Source: Candidatus Marinacidobacterales bacterium (GTDB lineage: Bacteria > Acidobacteriota > Vicinamibacteria > Marinacidobacterales > SMYC01). Taken from it: 64,000 nt of DNA. The stretch spans positions 7,712,001 through 7,776,000 of the forward strand of contig OZ250169.1 of the NCBI GenBank assembly GCA_965237955.1, in the 5' to 3' direction. Below, one piece after another: positions 62,894 to 64,000 of the stretch; within the stretch, counting starts at the first letter, position 1; each line of letters starts with the position of its first letter. The position numbers and the translations under genes are program-made. A model generated the notes under the pieces. The model was not told the DNA's origin. It saw only the letters and a program-made list of their open reading frames with translations, and ran no database searches.

Positions 62894-64000
62894 ATGAGAC
62901 GCTTTTTTCTCCTTGCTTTCCTAGCCCTCCCCGTGGGCGCGTCAAGCGCATTCGGGGACGACGCCGTTGATTCCGTGCTCGACAACCTCGAATGGCGCAG
63001 TATCGGCCCGGCGATTTTCGGCGGCCGCATCGTCGATTTCGCGGTCGTCGAGTCGAACCCGAACGTCGCGTTCGTGGCGCCGGAGACCGCCGGGATCTGG
63101 AAGACGACAAATAACGGTATCACTTGGGAGCCGCTTTTCGACGACCAACCGGTGTCGGGCGTCGGCGATATCGCGGTCGCGCCGTCCGACCCTTCGATCG
63201 TATGGGCCGGCACCGGAAACCGCTCCTCATGGGGCGACGGCGTCTACAAGTCGATGGACGGTGGCGCAACGTGGACGAACATGGGACTCGAGGACACCCA
63301 CCATATCGGACGGGTGCACATCCACCCTACGAATCCCGACATCGTCTACGTTGCAGCGGTCGGGCGTTCCCGGGGGTCGAACGAGCAACGGGGCGTCTTC
63401 AAGACGACCGACGGCGGCAAGACTTGGAAGAATACCAAGTTCCTCAGCGAGAACACCGGCTTCGTCGACCTCGCGATGGATCTCGAAAGTCCGGACACGC
63501 TCTACGCCGCGGCCTACCAGAGGCGCCGACGCGCGTTCGGCTTCGACGGCGGTGGTCCCGAAAGCGGCCTGTACAAGACGACCGATGGCGGGGTGACGTG
63601 GACGAAGCTCACGGGCGGCCTCCCTGAAGGCGACACCGGCCGGATCGGCATCGATATCTATCGCAAAGACCCCCGCATCGTCTACGCGATTATCGAGAAC
63701 GCCGAGGGCGGCATCTTTCGTTCGGAAGACAAGGGCGAAACGTGGAAGAAGATGAGCGATACCAACCCGGGCCCGGCGAATTACAGCGAGATTCGCATCG
63801 ATCCCCTCAACGATCAGCGCATCTGGGTGTTCGGTGCCAGCATGTACAACTCTGACGATGGCGGAAGAACCTTCGTCACCGATCACGTCACCCGCATCCA
63901 CGGTGACCACCATGCTCTTTGGATCAATCCGCGCGATTCGAACCACTTGCTCTTGGGCTCGGACGGGGGCATCCACTACTCCTACGATCGCGGTCTCACC
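62894..64000 (+). CDS. secreted BNR/Asp-box (VPS10-like) beta-propeller glycosyl hydrolase, partial
   Basis: Signal peptide, WRSIGPAIFGGRI, repeated KS/TxDGGxTW motifs; runs off the window end. Confidence 0.88.
   Translation, partial: MRRFFLLAFLALPVGASSAFGDDAVDSVLDNLEWRSIGPAIFGGRIVDFAVVESNPNVAFVAPETAGIWKTTNNGITWEPLFDDQPVSGVGDIAVAPSDPSIVWAGTGNRSSWGDGVYKSMDGGATWTNMGLEDTHHIGRVHIHPTNPDIVYVAAVGRSRGSNEQRGVFKTTDGGKTWKNTKFLSENTGFVDLAMDLESPDTLYAAAYQRRRRAFGFDGGGPESGLYKTTDGGVTWTKLTGGLPEGDTGRIGIDIYRKDPRIVYAIIENAEGGIFRSEDKGETWKKMSDTNPGPANYSEIRIDPLNDQRIWVFGASMYNSDDGGRTFVTDHVTRIHGDHHALWINPRDSNHLLLGSDGGIHYSYDRGLT

Noticed and set aside
1-64000. rRNA, tRNA or riboswitch genes
   Set aside because: No cloverleaf or conserved rRNA/riboswitch motifs recognised by eye; tRNAscan-SE or Infernal would be needed to exclude them.

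Overview
GC-rich bacterial window, most likely Acidobacteriota. This is inferred from PadR and ADOP-type permease remnants, Ser/Thr-kinase remnants, and DUF5916 and BNR-repeat hydrolase genes. No rRNA, tRNA or CRISPR array was seen. Mobile elements have been active here: three ISL3 insertions with 8-bp target duplications (two are near-identical copies carrying a long, strand-biased structured leader), an IS200-type tnpA element splitting an ECF sigma factor, a 158-bp CTAG-flanked MITE splitting a DUF5916 gene, an IS remnant and a DUF222-HNH gene. Housekeeping and metabolic genes include pgm-manA-manB, a cystathionine gamma-synthase/lyase, a metal ABC system, an EgtB/OvoA-like enzyme, cobB, adenosine deaminase, a MazEF-like pair, a desaturase and rluA. 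The most notable poorly understood loci are a divergent prkA-yeaH-spoVR-prkA2 operon, a DUF4956-VTC-CotH kinase-DUF4956 module, a secreted GH25 / 4x Fn3-like / M23 wall hydrolase, and an ABC-type (AAA_21-like) ATPase with a histone-H1-like Lys/Arg tail. Many genes carry 1-2 nt indels, in-frame stops or deletions, which may be real decay or assembly error. All family calls come from motif recognition by eye, not database searches.
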